The notes: generated by a model not told the origin, from the letters alone. A stretch of 64,000 nucleotides of DNA from Candidatus Latescibacterota bacterium (GCA_964291625.2 OZ220089.1:128001-192000), one strand, 5' to 3'; shown: positions 9,089 to 20,376, counted from the first letter of the stretch. Numbers and translations are program-made.

Positions 9089-9110
9089 TCGTTCTGCGGG
9101 CGATCCTCCT

Positions 9111-10073
9111 CTACTCCTCCCACACCCCCATGGCCGAGAACTTCTCGACGCGCTGATCGATCAGGTCCTGCGGTTGCAGAGGACGCAGTTCGGCCAGGGC
9201 CTCCTGGATATGGTGCTTCAGGCTCGAGGCGACCTGGTCGTAGTCGCGGTGAGCGCCGCCGAAGGGCTCGGGCACGACCCGGTCGATGACCTTGTGCTCG
9301 ATCAGGTCCGCCGCCGAGAGCCTGAGGGCTTCGGCCGCCTCCTCCTTGCGGTCACGCGTGCGGAAGAGGATGGTGGAGCAGCTCTCGGGGACGATCACCG
9401 AGTAGACGGCGTGCTCCAGCATCAGGATGCGGTCGCCCACGGTGATGCCGATGGCCCCGCCCGAAAAGGCCTGGCCGATGATGGCCACCACGATGGGAAC
9501 GGGCAGGTGGGACATCTCGTAGAGATTGCGGGCGATCGCCTCCGCCTGCCCCCGCTCCTCCGCTTCGACGCCGGGAAAGGCACCCGACGTGTCCACCAGG
9601 GTCAGGATCGGGCGCCGGAACTTGGCCGCCATCTGCATCAGGCGCAGGGCTTTGCGGTAGCCCTCGGGATGGGGCATGCCGAAGTTGCGCTGCTTGCGCT
9701 CGTCCACGTTGCGCCCGCTCTGGATGCCGACGACCATCAGCGGCTCGCCGTCGAGGCGGGCGGGTCCACCGACGATCGACTTGTCGTCGCCGTGGTAGCG
9801 GTCGCCGTGGAGCTCGACGAAATCGGTGAGGATCCGCCCGATGTAGTCGAGGGCGTAGGGGCGCAGTGGATGGCGGGAGATCTGCACGCGCTGCCAGCGC
9901 GTTAGGCGGGAGTAGATCTCTCGGCGAAGCCTCTTGACCCGCTCCTCCAGGGAGCGGATCTCGCGGCTCAGGTCGAGGCCGTCCGTCTCGGCCTGGGCCT
10001 CCATGTCGCTGATGCGCTTCTCGAGCTCCACGATGGGGCGCTCGAAGTCGAGGTGGAAGCTGTCGTCACTCAT
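9111..10073 (-). CDS. accA: Acetyl-CoA carboxylase carboxyltransferase alpha subunit
   Basis: [47 protein letters not shown]. Confidence 0.96.
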   Translation of the reverse strand: MSDDSFHLDFERPIVELEKRISDMEAQAETDGLDLSREIRSLEERVKRLRREIYSRLTRWQRVQISRHPLRPYALDYIGRILTDFVELHGDRYHGDDKSIVGGPARLDGEPLMVVGIQSGRNVDERKQRNFGMPHPEGYRKALRLMQMAAKFRRPILTLVDTSGAFPGVEAEERGQAEAIARNLYEMSHLPVPIVVAIIGQAFSGGAIGITVGDRILMLEHAVYSVIVPESCSTILFRTRDRKEEAAEALRLSAADLIEHKVIDRVVPEPFGGAHRDYDQVASSLKHHIQEALAELRPLQPQDLIDQRVEKFSAMGVWEE

Positions 10074-10140
10074 GGCCGGCGCCCCGGGTTGGGGGTAGGG
10101 TGGAGATCACTGGAGGAGACACCGGTTTCCTGGCTCTTCT

Positions 10141-11343
10141 TCACCCCAGCCTGGTCAGGGCCTCGCCGAGACGGTCCATGGCGCGGTGGAGATTCTCCAT
10201 CGAAGTGGCATAGGACAGGCGGAAGTGCGCTTCCGTGCCGAAGCCCGGCCCGGGCACGCAGGCGATCCGGGCCTCGTCGAGGAGGTAGTCGCACAGATCG
10301 GTGACGTCGGTGACCACCCGGTCCGCCGTCCCCAGCCCGAAGTAGGAGGAGACGTCGGGGTAGACGTAGAAGGCGCCCAGGGGCAGGGCGCAGGTGACGC
10401 CATCCAGCCCGTTGAGGCGGTCGACGACGAAGCGGCGGCGACGGTCGTACTCGAGTCGCATCTCCTCCACCACCTCCTGAGGTCCCTCGAGGGCGGCCAC
10501 GGAGGCCCTCTGTGAGATCGAGGAGGGATGGGAGACGGTCTGACTCTGGGCCTTGTCCATCAGGCCGATCACATCGCCGGGGCCGGCGGCGTAGCCGATC
10601 CGCCAGCCGGTCATGGCATAGGTCTTGGATACCCCGTTGACGATGATGGTGCGCGCCTTCAGCTCCGGGCCGAGCTGCGCCATCGACACGTGCTCCGCCC
10701 CATCGTAGACCAGCTTCTCGTAGATCTCGTCGCTGAGGACGTAGAGCCCGTGCTCGAGAGCGACCTCGCCGAGGGCGGCCAGCTCCTCCCGGGAGTAGAC
10801 GGCGCCGCTCGGGTTGGACGGACTGTTGATCAGGACCATCCGGGTCCTCGGCGTGATCGCGGCGCGCAGCTTCTCCGGCGTGAGCTTGAGGCCCCCTTCG
10901 TCCCGCGTCTCCACGATCACGGGATCGGCGCCGACGAGCTTGGGCTGCTCGGTGAAGGTCACCCAGTAGGGCGTGGGGATGACCATCTCGTCGCCCGGGT
11001 TCAGCACCGCCGCCACCGCCAGGGCCAGGGAGTGCTTGGCGCCGTTGTTGACGATCACCTCCTCCGGGGCGTACTCCAGGCCGTTGTCCCCGCTGAACTT
11101 GCCGCAGACGGCGGCCTTCAGCTCGGGAATGCCCGAGGGCGGGGACGTGTACTTGGTGAACCCCTCGTCCAGAGCCTGCTTGGCCGCGTCCTTGATGTGC
11201 TCAGGCGTATCGAAATCCGGCTCGCCGGCGGAGAGGGCGATCACGTCGACACCCTCCCTCCGGAGGGCCGCCGCCTTGGCCGAGGTGGCCATGGTCGCCG
11301 ATGGGGCGACGCGCTGGATGTAGGCAGACAACTTCCGGGTCAT
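10141..11343 (-). CDS. PLP-dependent class I/II aminotransferase (aspartate aminotransferase-like)
   Basis: GEPDFDTP, NSPSNPSG, SDEIYE, SKTYAMTGWRIG, RLSYA. Confidence 0.93.
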   Translation of the reverse strand: MTRKLSAYIQRVAPSATMATSAKAAALRREGVDVIALSAGEPDFDTPEHIKDAAKQALDEGFTKYTSPPSGIPELKAAVCGKFSGDNGLEYAPEEVIVNNGAKHSLALAVAAVLNPGDEMVIPTPYWVTFTEQPKLVGADPVIVETRDEGGLKLTPEKLRAAITPRTRMVLINSPSNPSGAVYSREELAALGEVALEHGLYVLSDEIYEKLVYDGAEHVSMAQLGPELKARTIIVNGVSKTYAMTGWRIGYAAGPGDVIGLMDKAQSQTVSHPSSISQRASVAALEGPQEVVEEMRLEYDRRRRFVVDRLNGLDGVTCALPLGAFYVYPDVSSYFGLGTADRVVTDVTDLCDYLLDEARIACVPGPGFGTEAHFRLSYATSMENLHRAMDRLGEALTRLG

Positions 11344-12554
11344 GTGGTGTACTCCGCGTTGAGTCGAACGTATTCGTAGGTCAGATCGCAGGTGAATATC
11401 TCGGACCGGGCTTCCCCCGCCTTGAGATCGATCTCGATGTCGACCTCATCCGACTTCATGGCGGCGCTCAGGGCCGCGGCGTCGAAGTCGATGCCGGCGC
11501 CGCCGCCGTAGACCGGCCGGCCGCAGAGGGACACGGCCACCGCCTCCGGGTCGAGGTCGACGCCGGCGTAGCCGACGGCGCAGAGGATCCGGCCCCAGTT
11601 GGGATCGTTGCCGAAGGCCGCAGTCTTCACGAGGCTGGAGTTGGCCACCGCCAGGCCCACCGCCCGCGCCTCGGCCTCGCTGCGTCCGCGCAGGACGCGG
11701 ACCGTGATGAGCTTGCTGGCCCCCTCTCCGTCGGCGGCGATGGCCCGCGCCATCCTGCGGCAGACGTGCTCCATGGCCTCGGCCAGCTTCTCGAAGGCCT
11801 CCTCCGACAGGCCGCGGGAGTCGCCGGCCCCGCCCATGGCGGCTCCGTTGGCCAGGGCGATCACGGTATCGCTGGTGCTCATGTCGCCGTCGACGGTGCA
11901 GCAGTTGAAGCTGCGCCCGACAGCGCGCACCAGGAGCTGCCGCAGCCGCCCCGCGGGGACGGCGGCATCGGTGGTGATCAGGGCGAGCATGGTGGCCATC
12001 TTCGGGGAGATCATGGCCGCTCCCTTGGCGACGGCCCCCACCGTCGCCGGATGACCGTCGAGGTCGACGCGGACGGCGGCGTGCTTGGCCACGGTATCCG
12101 TGGTCATCATCGCCTCCGCCGCCTCCACCCCGCCCTCCCCGGACAGTCCCGCCACCACCCGCGGGATCCCCTCCTCGATCCGCTCCATCGGCAGCGGCAC
12201 TCCGATGAGACCGGTGGAGCAGACGAGGACATCGCTGGTGGACAGGCCGAGCCGTTGCGCCGTGGCCTCGCACATGCGCACGGCGTCGGCGCGGCCCCGG
12301 TCGCCGTTGCAGACGTTGGCGATGCCGCTGTTGATGATCACCGCCCGGGCGCGGCCGTCGGCCAGGTGCTCGCGGCAGACCGGGATCGGCGCCCCCTGAA
12401 CGCGGTTGGTGGTGTACACCGCGGCGCCGGCTGCGGGCCTGTCGGATACCGTCAGGGACAGGTCCCTGCTGCCCGAGGGCTTGATGCCGCAGGTGACGCC
12501 GGCGGCCCGATACCCCCGGGGGGAGGTGACGCTGCCGCCTTCGATCTCGATCAT
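11340..12554 (-). CDS. argJ: Ornithine acetyltransferase / N-acetylglutamate synthase
   Basis: C-terminal 404 aa of track ORF 11340..13190: MTTDT, KGAAMISPKMATML, DGDMSTSDT, DGEGASK, DPNWGR, NAEYTT. Confidence 0.95.
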   Translation of the reverse strand: MIEIEGGSVTSPRGYRAAGVTCGIKPSGSRDLSLTVSDRPAAGAAVYTTNRVQGAPIPVCREHLADGRARAVIINSGIANVCNGDRGRADAVRMCEATAQRLGLSTSDVLVCSTGLIGVPLPMERIEEGIPRVVAGLSGEGGVEAAEAMMTTDTVAKHAAVRVDLDGHPATVGAVAKGAAMISPKMATMLALITTDAAVPAGRLRQLLVRAVGRSFNCCTVDGDMSTSDTVIALANGAAMGGAGDSRGLSEEAFEKLAEAMEHVCRRMARAIAADGEGASKLITVRVLRGRSEAEARAVGLAVANSSLVKTAAFGNDPNWGRILCAVGYAGVDLDPEAVAVSLCGRPVYGGGAGIDFDAAALSAAMKSDEVDIEIDLKAGEARSEIFTCDLTYEYVRLNAEYTT

Positions 12555-14122
12555 CGCCCGTCCTCGCGCATGAGCTTGCAGTGCAGGCTGTCGGTCAGGG
12601 CGATCCAGCTCGCCTCGATGATGTTCTCCGACACGCCCACGGTCCCCCACACGTCGTGGCCGTCCGAGGACTCGATGAGCACCCGGACCCGGGCGGCGGT
12701 GCCGTCGCTCGAGGACATGACGCGCACCTTGTAGTCCTCCAGGTGGACGGCTTTCAGGTCCGGGAAGACCGCCTCCAGGGCCTTGCGCAGGGCCCGGTCC
12801 ATGGCGTTCACGGGACCGTCCCCTTCGCCCACCGTGTGGTGGACGCGCCCGTTCACCTCCACCTTGACCACCGCCTCCGCCACCTCGGGCTCGCCCTCGG
12901 CCTCCTTGCGGCTGGAGACGTGGAAGCTCAGCGGCCGGAAGCGGTCGCGGTAGAGGCCCATGCAGCGCCGCGCGAGCAGCTCGAAGGAGCCCTCGGCGGC
13001 CTCGAACTGGTACCCCTGGTGCTCCAGCCGCTTGACCTCGGTCAGTACCTCGCCGACGGCTGGGTCCTTCTTGCTCAACTCGGGGAAGAAGCGCCCGAGC
13101 TTGGCCACCACGGTGCTGCCCCCCGACTGGTCCGAGACCAGGTAGCGGCGGCTGTTTCCGGTCGCCTCTGGATCCTCCTGCTCGTAACAACGGGGGTCCT
13201 TGTTCATGGCGTCGATGTGCACGCCGCCCTTGTGGGCATAGGCGCTCTCACCGACGAAGGGCTGGCGGTGGTCGTGGGCGACGTTGGCCGTCTCGGAGAG
13301 GAAGCGGGAGAATCCCATCAGCTGCGCCACCCGGTCGCGGCCGATGGTGGTCCGCCCCATCTTCAGCTCCAGGACGGGGATGACCGTGCACAGGTTGACG
13401 TTGCCGCAGCGTTCCCCGTAGCCGTTGAAGGTGCCCTGCACCTGAACCGCCCCCAGGTCGACGGCGGCGATGGTGTTGGCCACGGCCAGGCCGGCGTCGT
13501 TGTGGGTGTGGATCCCCAGGGGAGTGGTCACGGCCGCTGCTGCCTCCGCGTACATGCGCGCCACGTCCGCCGGCAGGGTCCCGCCGTTGGTGTCACAGAG
13601 AACGAGGACCCGCGCTCCCCCGCGTTCGGCGGCGCGCAGGGTCTCGAGGGCGTAGCCGGCGTCGGCGGCGCAGCCGTCGAAGAAGTGCTCGGCGTCGAAG
13701 GTCACCTCGCGGCCCCTGGCCACCAGGTAGGCCACCGAGTCCTCGATGAGCCTCAGGTTCTCCTCCCGTGTCGTCTTCAGCACCTCGGTGACGTGGAGGT
13801 CCCAGCTCTTGCCGAAGAGGGTGACGCTGTCGGTGCCGGCCTTGAGGAGCGTGTTGAGGGTGGCATCCTCCCCGGCGGCGTTGGCCGGCCGCCGGGTGCT
13901 GCCGAAGGCGGTTACCCGGGCCCGCAGGTTCAGCGCTCTCACCTGCTCGAAGAAGGCGAGGTCCTTAGGGTTCGTCGGATTCGGCCAGCCTCCCTCGATG
14001 TAGTGCACGCCGAGGTCGTCCAGCCGCTGGGCGATCTCCAGCTTGTCCTGGAGGGAATAGGTGATCCCCTCCGCCTGGGCCCCGTCCCGCAGCGTCGAAT
14101 CGTAGATCTCTACCGAGGACAT
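12551..14122 (-). CDS. cimA: Citramalate synthase
   Basis: DSTLRDGAQAEG, FGKSWDLHV, FDAEHFFDG, HTHND, GERCGN, FEAAEGSFEL, WGTVGVSENII. Confidence 0.92.
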   Translation of the reverse strand: MSSVEIYDSTLRDGAQAEGITYSLQDKLEIAQRLDDLGVHYIEGGWPNPTNPKDLAFFEQVRALNLRARVTAFGSTRRPANAAGEDATLNTLLKAGTDSVTLFGKSWDLHVTEVLKTTREENLRLIEDSVAYLVARGREVTFDAEHFFDGCAADAGYALETLRAAERGGARVLVLCDTNGGTLPADVARMYAEAAAAVTTPLGIHTHNDAGLAVANTIAAVDLGAVQVQGTFNGYGERCGNVNLCTVIPVLELKMGRTTIGRDRVAQLMGFSRFLSETANVAHDHRQPFVGESAYAHKGGVHIDAMNKDPRCYEQEDPEATGNSRRYLVSDQSGGSTVVAKLGRFFPELSKKDPAVGEVLTEVKRLEHQGYQFEAAEGSFELLARRCMGLYRDRFRPLSFHVSSRKEAEGEPEVAEAVVKVEVNGRVHHTVGEGDGPVNAMDRALRKALEAVFPDLKAVHLEDYKVRVMSSSDGTAARVRVLIESSDGHDVWGTVGVSENIIEASWIALTDSLHCKLMREDGR

Positions 14123-14131
14123 GGGCCCAGG

Positions 14132-15202
14132 TCAGGGAGACACGGCGGTGACCGCCCCGGCCACCATGTCCCCCACCTCGCTCGTGGAATACCCCATCTC
14201 GCCGGCGCCCATGCCCTTCAGTTGCTGCAGAGTCGACACGATGGCGGCCTCGAGGATTGCGGCCCCCTCGTGCTCTCCCAGGGTGTCGACCATGAGCTGG
14301 CAGGCGCCGATGGCGGCCATGGGGTTGATCACGTTCCGGCCCGTGTACTTCGGCGCCGATCCGCCGATGGGCTCGAACATCGACACGCCCTCGGGATTGA
14401 TGTTGCCCCCCGCGGCGATGCCCATCCCTCCCTGGATCATGGCGCCCAGGTCGGTGATGATGTCGCCGAAGATGTTGTCGGTGACGATCACGTCGAACCA
14501 TTCGGGGTTCTTCACCATCCACATGCAGATGGCGTCCACGTGGGCGTAGTCGCGCCGGATGTCGCCGTAGTCGGCCTCGCCCACCTCGTGGAAGGCCCGT
14601 TCCCAGAGGTCGAAGGCGTAGGTGAGGACGTTGGTCTTGCCGCACAGGGTGAGGGTCCTGTCCTTGTTGCGTCGGCGGGTGTAGTCGAAAGCGTAGCGCA
14701 GGCAGCGCTCGACCCCCTTGCGGGTGTTGATCGACTCCTGCACGGCGATCTCGTCCGGCGTCCCCTTCTTGAAGAGCCCGCCGGCCCCGGTGTAGATCCC
14801 CTCCGTGTTCTCGCGCACCACCACGAAGTCGATCTCCTCCGGCCCCTTGTCCTTGATGGGGGTCGGCACGTTCGGGTAGAGCTTCACCGGCCGCAGGTTG
14901 ATGTACTGGTCCAGCTCGAAACGCAACCTGAGGAGGATCCCCTTCTCGAGGATCCCCGGCTTCACGTCGGGATGTCCGATGGCCCCGAGATAGATGGCGT
15001 CGAACTGCCGCAACTCGTCGACGGCGGAGTCGGGCAGGGTCTCCCCGGTCTGGAGATAGCGGTCGCCGCCGAAGTCGAAGTCGGCGCTTTCGTATGAGAA
15101 TCCCACCCTCTCGGCCAGGGCGGCCAGGGCCTTCATCCCCTCGGCGACCACCTCGGGGCCGGTGCCGTCACCTGGCAGGACGGCGATCTTGTACGATCTC
15201 AC
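14132..15202 (-). CDS. leuB: 3-isopropylmalate dehydrogenase
   Basis: IAVLPGDGTGPEV, NLRP, RENTEG, NIFGDIITD, FEPIGGSAP; lies in the leu operon. GTG start inferred at 15202. Confidence 0.92.
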   Translation of the reverse strand: MRSYKIAVLPGDGTGPEVVAEGMKALAALAERVGFSYESADFDFGGDRYLQTGETLPDSAVDELRQFDAIYLGAIGHPDVKPGILEKGILLRLRFELDQYINLRPVKLYPNVPTPIKDKGPEEIDFVVVRENTEGIYTGAGGLFKKGTPDEIAVQESINTRKGVERCLRYAFDYTRRRNKDRTLTLCGKTNVLTYAFDLWERAFHEVGEADYGDIRRDYAHVDAICMWMVKNPEWFDVIVTDNIFGDIITDLGAMIQGGMGIAAGGNINPEGVSMFEPIGGSAPKYTGRNVINPMAAIGACQLMVDTLGEHEGAAILEAAIVSTLQQLKGMGAGEMGYSTSEVGDMVAGAVTAVSP

Positions 15203-15277
15203 TCTGCTCTCTTTCTCTTTCGAGCGGCCCGGCCGGCGCGGCCCGACGACCGCAGTACCGACGAGGGCCACACTCTC

Positions 15278-15898
15278 TCAGGGCTCTACTCCAAAGGACG
15301 ACAGGTACGGCAGCCTCCGCGCCGTTCGTCCGATCTCGTCTCCGGCCTCCAGCAACTGCCCGAGGGCGTCCCAGGTCCCGGTGACCAGCTGCTCGCGCGG
15401 CCCCTCGGGCATGGCGGCCTCCATCGACTCGCCGCCGAAGCGCGCGCTCTGCGCCTCCACGTCGACCTCCACCACCAAAGCCGGATCGTCTTCCACGGCT
15501 GCCATGAGGCGCTCCACGTCCCCTTCCGAGGCCCTGAGGCACGGGAGGCCCAGGGCGGTGCAGTTGCCGAAGAAGATCTCGGCGAAGGAGACGGCGACGA
15601 AGGCCTCGATGCCCCAGCGCATCAGGGCCTGGGGGGCGTGCTCCCGCGAGGAGCCGCAGCCGAAGTTGGCGTTGGCCACGAGGATGGAAGCCCCGGCGAA
15701 GCGCGGGTTGTCGAAGGGATGGCCGTCGGCGGCGCGGTCGTCCTCGAAGGCGTGCTCTCCGAGACCGTCGAAAGTGACGGTTCGCAGATATCGCGCCGGG
15801 ATGATGCGGTCCGTGTCGATATCGTTGCCGCGCACCGCTACGGCGCGGCCCCTGATCAGGCGGCGGATGCTGGAGGAGGTCTCGGCACTCGACGTCAT
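15278..15898 (-). CDS. leuD: 3-isopropylmalate dehydratase small subunit
   Basis: DIDTDRIIPARYL, NFGCGSSREHAPQAL, SFAEIFFGNC. Confidence 0.96.
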   Translation of the reverse strand: MTSSAETSSSIRRLIRGRAVAVRGNDIDTDRIIPARYLRTVTFDGLGEHAFEDDRAADGHPFDNPRFAGASILVANANFGCGSSREHAPQALMRWGIEAFVAVSFAEIFFGNCTALGLPCLRASEGDVERLMAAVEDDPALVVEVDVEAQSARFGGESMEAAMPEGPREQLVTGTWDALGQLLEAGDEIGRTARRLPYLSSFGVEP

Positions 15899-15899
15899 C

Positions 15900-17309
15900 T
15901 CACCCTCCGTTCAGCATGATGCGCACGTCGGTCACCCGTCCGCTCACCGCGGCGGCGGCGACCATGGCCGGGCTCATCAGCAAGGTCCGCCCGGTGGGAC
16001 TCCCCTGGCGGCCCTTGAAGTTGCGGTTGCTCGACGAAGCGCAGAGCTGCCGCCCCTCCAGCTTGTCGGGATTCATGGCCAGGCACATGGAGCAGCCGGC
16101 CTCGCGCCACTCGAAGCCGGCGGCCCGGAAGACCTCGTCCAGGCCTTCGCGGCGGGCCTGGTCCCCCACCTTCTGCGAGCCCGGGACGACGAGGGCCTTC
16201 ACGTCGGCGGCGGCCTTTCTCCCCTTGACCACCTTCGCAGCCTCGCGCAGATCGGAGATGCGCGAGTTGGTGCACGAGCCGATGAAGGCGACGTCCACCG
16301 GGGTCCCCGCGATGGGCTGACCAGCCTCGAACCCCATGTAGTCGAGGGCCTCGGCAACCGACCCGGCGTCGGCCCCGGCCTCCCCGGGGGCGGGCAGGGA
16401 ACCATCGACACTGCAGGACTGCCCCGGGTTGATGCCCCAGGTGACGGTGGGGGCAATCTCGGCGGCGTCTATCTCCACGACGTCGTCGTAATCGGCGCCG
16501 GGGCCGGAGGCGATAGAGCGCCACCAGTCGACGGCGCGGTCGAAGTCGGATCCCCGGGGCGCCTCCGGACGGCCCTGGAGATACTCGAAGGTGGTCTCGT
16601 CGGGGTTGACGTAGCCGCAGCGGGCGCCGCCCTCGATGGACATGTTGCAGACCGTCATGCGCTCTTCCATCGACATGCGGTCGAGAACTCCCCCGGCGTA
16701 CTCGTAGGCGTACCCGACGCCCCCCTTCACGCCCAGCGACCCGATGACGTGGAGGGTCAGGTCCTTGGCGTACACGCCAGGGCCGAGGGTTCCGTCCACC
16801 GCCACGCGGCGCACCTTGGGACGGGACATGGCCAGGCACTGGGAGGCGAGCACGTCCCGCACCTGGCTGGTGCCGATGCCGAAGGCGACGGCCCCGAAGG
16901 CGCCGTGGGTGGAGGTGTGGCTGTCGCCGCAGGCGATCGTCATCCCCGGCTGGGTCAGCCCGAGCTCGGGCCCGATGACGTGGACGATGCCCCGGCGGGG
17001 ATCGTCCATGCCGAAGAGGGGGATCTCGAACTCGGAGGCGTTCTCCTCCATGGCCACCATCATCCGCTCGGCGAGATCGTCGAGGAAGGGGCGGTCGCTC
17101 ACGTCGGTTGGAATGATGTGGTCCACCGTCGCCCAGGTGCGCTCGGGGTGCATCACCCGCAGGCCGCGCTCGCGCAGCATCTGGAAGGCCTGGGGGCTCG
17201 TGACCTCGTGGATCAGGTGCAGCCCGACGAAGAGCTGCGTCTGTCCCGATGGCAGCTCGCGGACCGTGTGGGCGTCCCAGACTTTCTCGAAGAGGTTCCT
17301 CTTCTCCAT
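15900..17309 (-). CDS. leuC: 3-isopropylmalate dehydratase large subunit
   Basis: [45 protein letters not shown]. Confidence 0.97.
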   Translation of the reverse strand: MEKRNLFEKVWDAHTVRELPSGQTQLFVGLHLIHEVTSPQAFQMLRERGLRVMHPERTWATVDHIIPTDVSDRPFLDDLAERMMVAMEENASEFEIPLFGMDDPRRGIVHVIGPELGLTQPGMTIACGDSHTSTHGAFGAVAFGIGTSQVRDVLASQCLAMSRPKVRRVAVDGTLGPGVYAKDLTLHVIGSLGVKGGVGYAYEYAGGVLDRMSMEERMTVCNMSIEGGARCGYVNPDETTFEYLQGRPEAPRGSDFDRAVDWWRSIASGPGADYDDVVEIDAAEIAPTVTWGINPGQSCSVDGSLPAPGEAGADAGSVAEALDYMGFEAGQPIAGTPVDVAFIGSCTNSRISDLREAAKVVKGRKAAADVKALVVPGSQKVGDQARREGLDEVFRAAGFEWREAGCSMCLAMNPDKLEGRQLCASSSNRNFKGRQGSPTGRTLLMSPAMVAAAAVSGRVTDVRIMLNGG

Positions 17310-17340
17310 CTGCCTCGGTCTCCTTGCGGAAGGCCGGCGC

Positions 17341-18915
17341 TCAGCGAGCGCGGTCGGGGGCCTTCTGGTCGAGCCGCACCTGCCGCCCCCGGCGCAGCTC
17401 CAGCCGGTTGATGGCGTCCACGTAGGCCCGGGCGCTGGCCTCGATGATGTCGGTCGAGGTGCCCCGCCCCGTGGTCTTCAGGTCGCCGTCGCTGACGCGC
17501 ACCGTCACCTCTCCCATGGCCTGGCTGCCCCCCGTGATGGCCTGGATCGAGTACTCCTCGACCTTGGCCCGGGTGTTGGTCACCTGGTTGATCGCCTCGT
17601 ACGTGGCGTCCACCGGTCCGTCGCCCCAGGCCGACTCCTGCACCCGCTCCTCGCCGTCGACGCGGAGGCGCACCGTCGCCGAGGGCACCGTGCCCGTGCC
17701 GCTCACCGTGTGCAGGTACTCCAGCGCGAAGCGGCCGCCCTCGTCCCCCCGGATCTCGTCTTCGACGATGGCCATCAGGTCCTCGTCGAAGACCTCCTTC
17801 TTCTTGTCCGCCAGCTCCAGGAAGCGCTCGTAGATCTCGTCGAGGCGCTCGGCGTCCAGCTCGTAGCCCAGTTCCTCCAGCCGATGGCGCAGGGCGTGCC
17901 GGCCGGAGCGGGCCGTGAGGACGATGGAGGTCGCCTCCCAGCCCACCTCGGTGGGATCCATGATCTCGAAGGTGTCGCGGGACTTGAGCACGCCGTCCTG
18001 GTGGATGCCGGAGCTGTGGGCGAAGGCGTTGGCGCCGACGATCGCCTTGTTGGGCGCCACCGCGATCCCCATGAGACGGCTCACGAGACGGCTCGTGGAC
18101 AGGATCTCCCGGGCCACCACCTCCGTGCGCAGGCCGAAGTAGTCGGCCCGGGTCTTCAGGGCCATCACCACCTCCTCCAGCGAGGCGTTGCCGGCGCGCT
18201 CCCCCAGGCCGTTGAGGGTGCATTCCACCTGGCGCGCCCCGGCCTGCAGGGAGGCCAGGCTGTTGGAGACGGCCATGCCGAGGTCGTCGTGGCAGTGCAC
18301 GCTGATCACCGCCCGGTCGATGTTCGGCACCTGGCCACGCAGCCGCCGGATGAGATCGGCAAACTGCTCGGGCACGGTGTAGCCCACCGTGTCGGGGATG
18401 TTGATCGTCGACGCCCCCGCCTCGATGGCGGCCTGCACGATCTCGGCCAGGTAGGAGAACTCCGCCCGCGTCGCGTCCATGGGCGAGAACTCCACGTCCT
18501 CCGCGTACCCCCTGGCCTGGGTCACGGCCTTCACCGCCATGTCGAGGACCTCCGAGCCGCTCTTGTGCATCTGCCGCGCCAGGTGCGCCTCGGAGGTGCC
18601 CACGAAGGTGTGGATGCGCGGCCTGGGGGCATCCCTCAGGGCCTCGCCGGCGCGGTCGATGTCCTTCGGGACCACCCGCGCCAGGGCGCAGATCGCCGGC
18701 CCTTCCACCTCGAGCCCGACACGCTGCACGGCCTCGAAGTCCTCGTTGGAGGAGATCGGAAAACCCGCCTCGATGACGTCGACCCGGAGGCGGGCGAGCT
18801 GGTGTCCGATCTCGAGCTTGTCGCGCAGGGTCAGGGACGCCCCGGGCGACTGCTCGGCGTCGCGCAGGGTCGTGTCAAAGATGATTACGCGATCCTCGGA
18901 CTTGGATGGTGCCAT
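17341..18915 (-). CDS. leuA: 2-isopropylmalate synthase
   Basis: [42 protein letters not shown], and a C-terminal regulatory domain (GDGPVDA). Confidence 0.96.
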   Translation of the reverse strand: MAPSKSEDRVIIFDTTLRDAEQSPGASLTLRDKLEIGHQLARLRVDVIEAGFPISSNEDFEAVQRVGLEVEGPAICALARVVPKDIDRAGEALRDAPRPRIHTFVGTSEAHLARQMHKSGSEVLDMAVKAVTQARGYAEDVEFSPMDATRAEFSYLAEIVQAAIEAGASTINIPDTVGYTVPEQFADLIRRLRGQVPNIDRAVISVHCHDDLGMAVSNSLASLQAGARQVECTLNGLGERAGNASLEEVVMALKTRADYFGLRTEVVAREILSTSRLVSRLMGIAVAPNKAIVGANAFAHSSGIHQDGVLKSRDTFEIMDPTEVGWEATSIVLTARSGRHALRHRLEELGYELDAERLDEIYERFLELADKKKEVFDEDLMAIVEDEIRGDEGGRFALEYLHTVSGTGTVPSATVRLRVDGEERVQESAWGDGPVDATYEAINQVTNTRAKVEEYSIQAITGGSQAMGEVTVRVSDGDLKTTGRGTSTDIIEASARAYVDAINRLELRRGRQVRLDQKAPDRAR

Positions 18916-18949
18916 GGCCCTTGCTCCGTCAGATGCCGGTAGGCGCGCC

Positions 18950-19954
18950 CTAGGACCCGTTCCCGGGCTCCCCCAGCCAGCTCATCATGCCGCGCAGGCG
19001 GCTGCCGACCTCCTCGATCAGGTGCTCGGCGTCGCGGCGTTTCCTGGCGTTGTAGTTCGGTCGGCCCACCTGGTTCTCCAGCAGCCACTCCTTGGCGAAC
19101 TGCCCGTTCTGAACCTGCGCCAGGATGCGCTTCATCTCCTGCCGCGTCTCCTCGGTGACGACGCGGCCGCCGCGGGTCAGGTCGCCGAACTCGGCGGTGT
19201 CGCTGATGGAGGAGCGCATGTTGGCGATGCCGCCTTCGTAGATCAGGTCGACGATCAGCTTGACCTCGTGGAGACACTCGAAGTAGGCGACCTCGGGCTG
19301 GTACCCCGCCTCCACGAGGGTATCGAAGCCGGCCCGGATCAGCTCGGTGAGGCCGCCGCAGAGGACGACCTGCTCGCCGAAGAGATCGGTCTCGGTCTCC
19401 TCGCGGAAGGTCGTCTGGATGACGCCGCCGCGCGTGCAGCCGATGCCCTTGGCATAGGCGAGGCCGATCTCCTGGGCGCGCCCGGTGGCGTCCTGCTCGA
19501 CGGCCAGCAGACCCGGAACACCGCCCCCCTCGCTGTAGACCCGGCGCACGAGATGGCCGGGCCCCTTGGGGGCGACCATGAAGACATCGGCGTCGGCGGG
19601 CGGCACGACCTGCCCGAAGTGGATGTTGAAGCCGTGGGCGAAGGCGAGGGCGTTCCCGGCCTCCAGGTTGGGGCGGATGTCGGCCTCGTAGACGCTGCGC
19701 TGCACCTCGTCGTTGATCAGGATCATGATGATGTCGCCGCCGGCGGCGGCCTCGGCGACGGTGGCCACCTTCAGTCCCGCGCTCTCGGCCTCGGCCCGGC
19801 GGGCGCTGCCCTCGCGGAGACCGACGACGACGCCGACGCCGCTCTCCTTCAGGTTGAGGGAGTGGGCGTGTCCCTGGCTGCCGTAACCGATGACGGCGAC
19901 CGTCCTGTCGCTCAGCAGCTCGAGGTTGGCGTCGTCGTCGTAGTACATCTGCAT
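18950..19954 (-). CDS. ilvC: Ketol-acid reductoisomerase
   Basis: [41 protein letters not shown]. Confidence 0.97.
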   Translation of the reverse strand: MQMYYDDDANLELLSDRTVAVIGYGSQGHAHSLNLKESGVGVVVGLREGSARRAEAESAGLKVATVAEAAAGGDIIMILINDEVQRSVYEADIRPNLEAGNALAFAHGFNIHFGQVVPPADADVFMVAPKGPGHLVRRVYSEGGGVPGLLAVEQDATGRAQEIGLAYAKGIGCTRGGVIQTTFREETETDLFGEQVVLCGGLTELIRAGFDTLVEAGYQPEVAYFECLHEVKLIVDLIYEGGIANMRSSISDTAEFGDLTRGGRVVTEETRQEMKRILAQVQNGQFAKEWLLENQVGRPNYNARKRRDAEHLIEEVGSRLRGMMSWLGEPGNGS

Positions 19955-20105
19955 CGCTATGCTCCTTGCCCCGGGAAGGGGCGGCGGCGCTGCCGCCTTG
20001 TGGGGTCACCGGAGTGGGCACAACTCCGTCACCGCCCGTGAAATCGCTTCAGAGGCTCCGTCCGGCGTCTTCGATTGAGGTGCGTGAGAAGGGAAGCGGC
20101 GGAGC

Positions 20106-20246
20106 CTATTCGATCGGCCCGGCAAGGAGAAGGCCGGGAATCGGAATCGGGCGATCGAGCGGAATGAGCGACAGGGAGCGCAGGGAGAGACGAGCCCGGG
20201 GTGTCGGGTCTCGACGCGGGCTCGGGGCGCTCGATGCGATGCTCAT
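20106..20246 (-). CDS. Candidate Leu/Ile-rich leader (attenuator) peptide of the ilvC-leu-cimA operon
   Basis: Manual translation MSIASSAPSPRRDPTPRARLSLRSLSLIPLDRPIPIPGLLLAGPIE*; sits between the promoter and ilvC. Confidence 0.6.
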   Translation of the reverse strand: MSIASSAPSPRRDPTPRARLSLRSLSLIPLDRPIPIPGLLLAGPIE

Positions 20247-20282
20247 GGGAAGGCCGGAACCGGTATCTGGTGGAAAGCGCGC

Positions 20283-20311
20283 AATATAGAGGGGACCCCC
20301 AAGGATGTCAA
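20283..20311 (-). promoter_or_regulatory. Near-consensus sigma70 promoter of the ilvC-leu operon
   Basis: TTGACA-17 nt-TATATT on the minus strand. Confidence 0.85.
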
Positions 20312-20376
20312 GAATGAGGGGCGCGTCCCCTTGGAGCCCGTACCCCGGAGCGGGCCTGGCGATGCCGCCGGCAGGG

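Noticed and set aside
19955-20280. T-box riboswitch upstream of ilvC
   Set aside because: No T-box consensus (AAnnnGGGTGGnACC) or U-rich terminator found; a leader peptide fits better.
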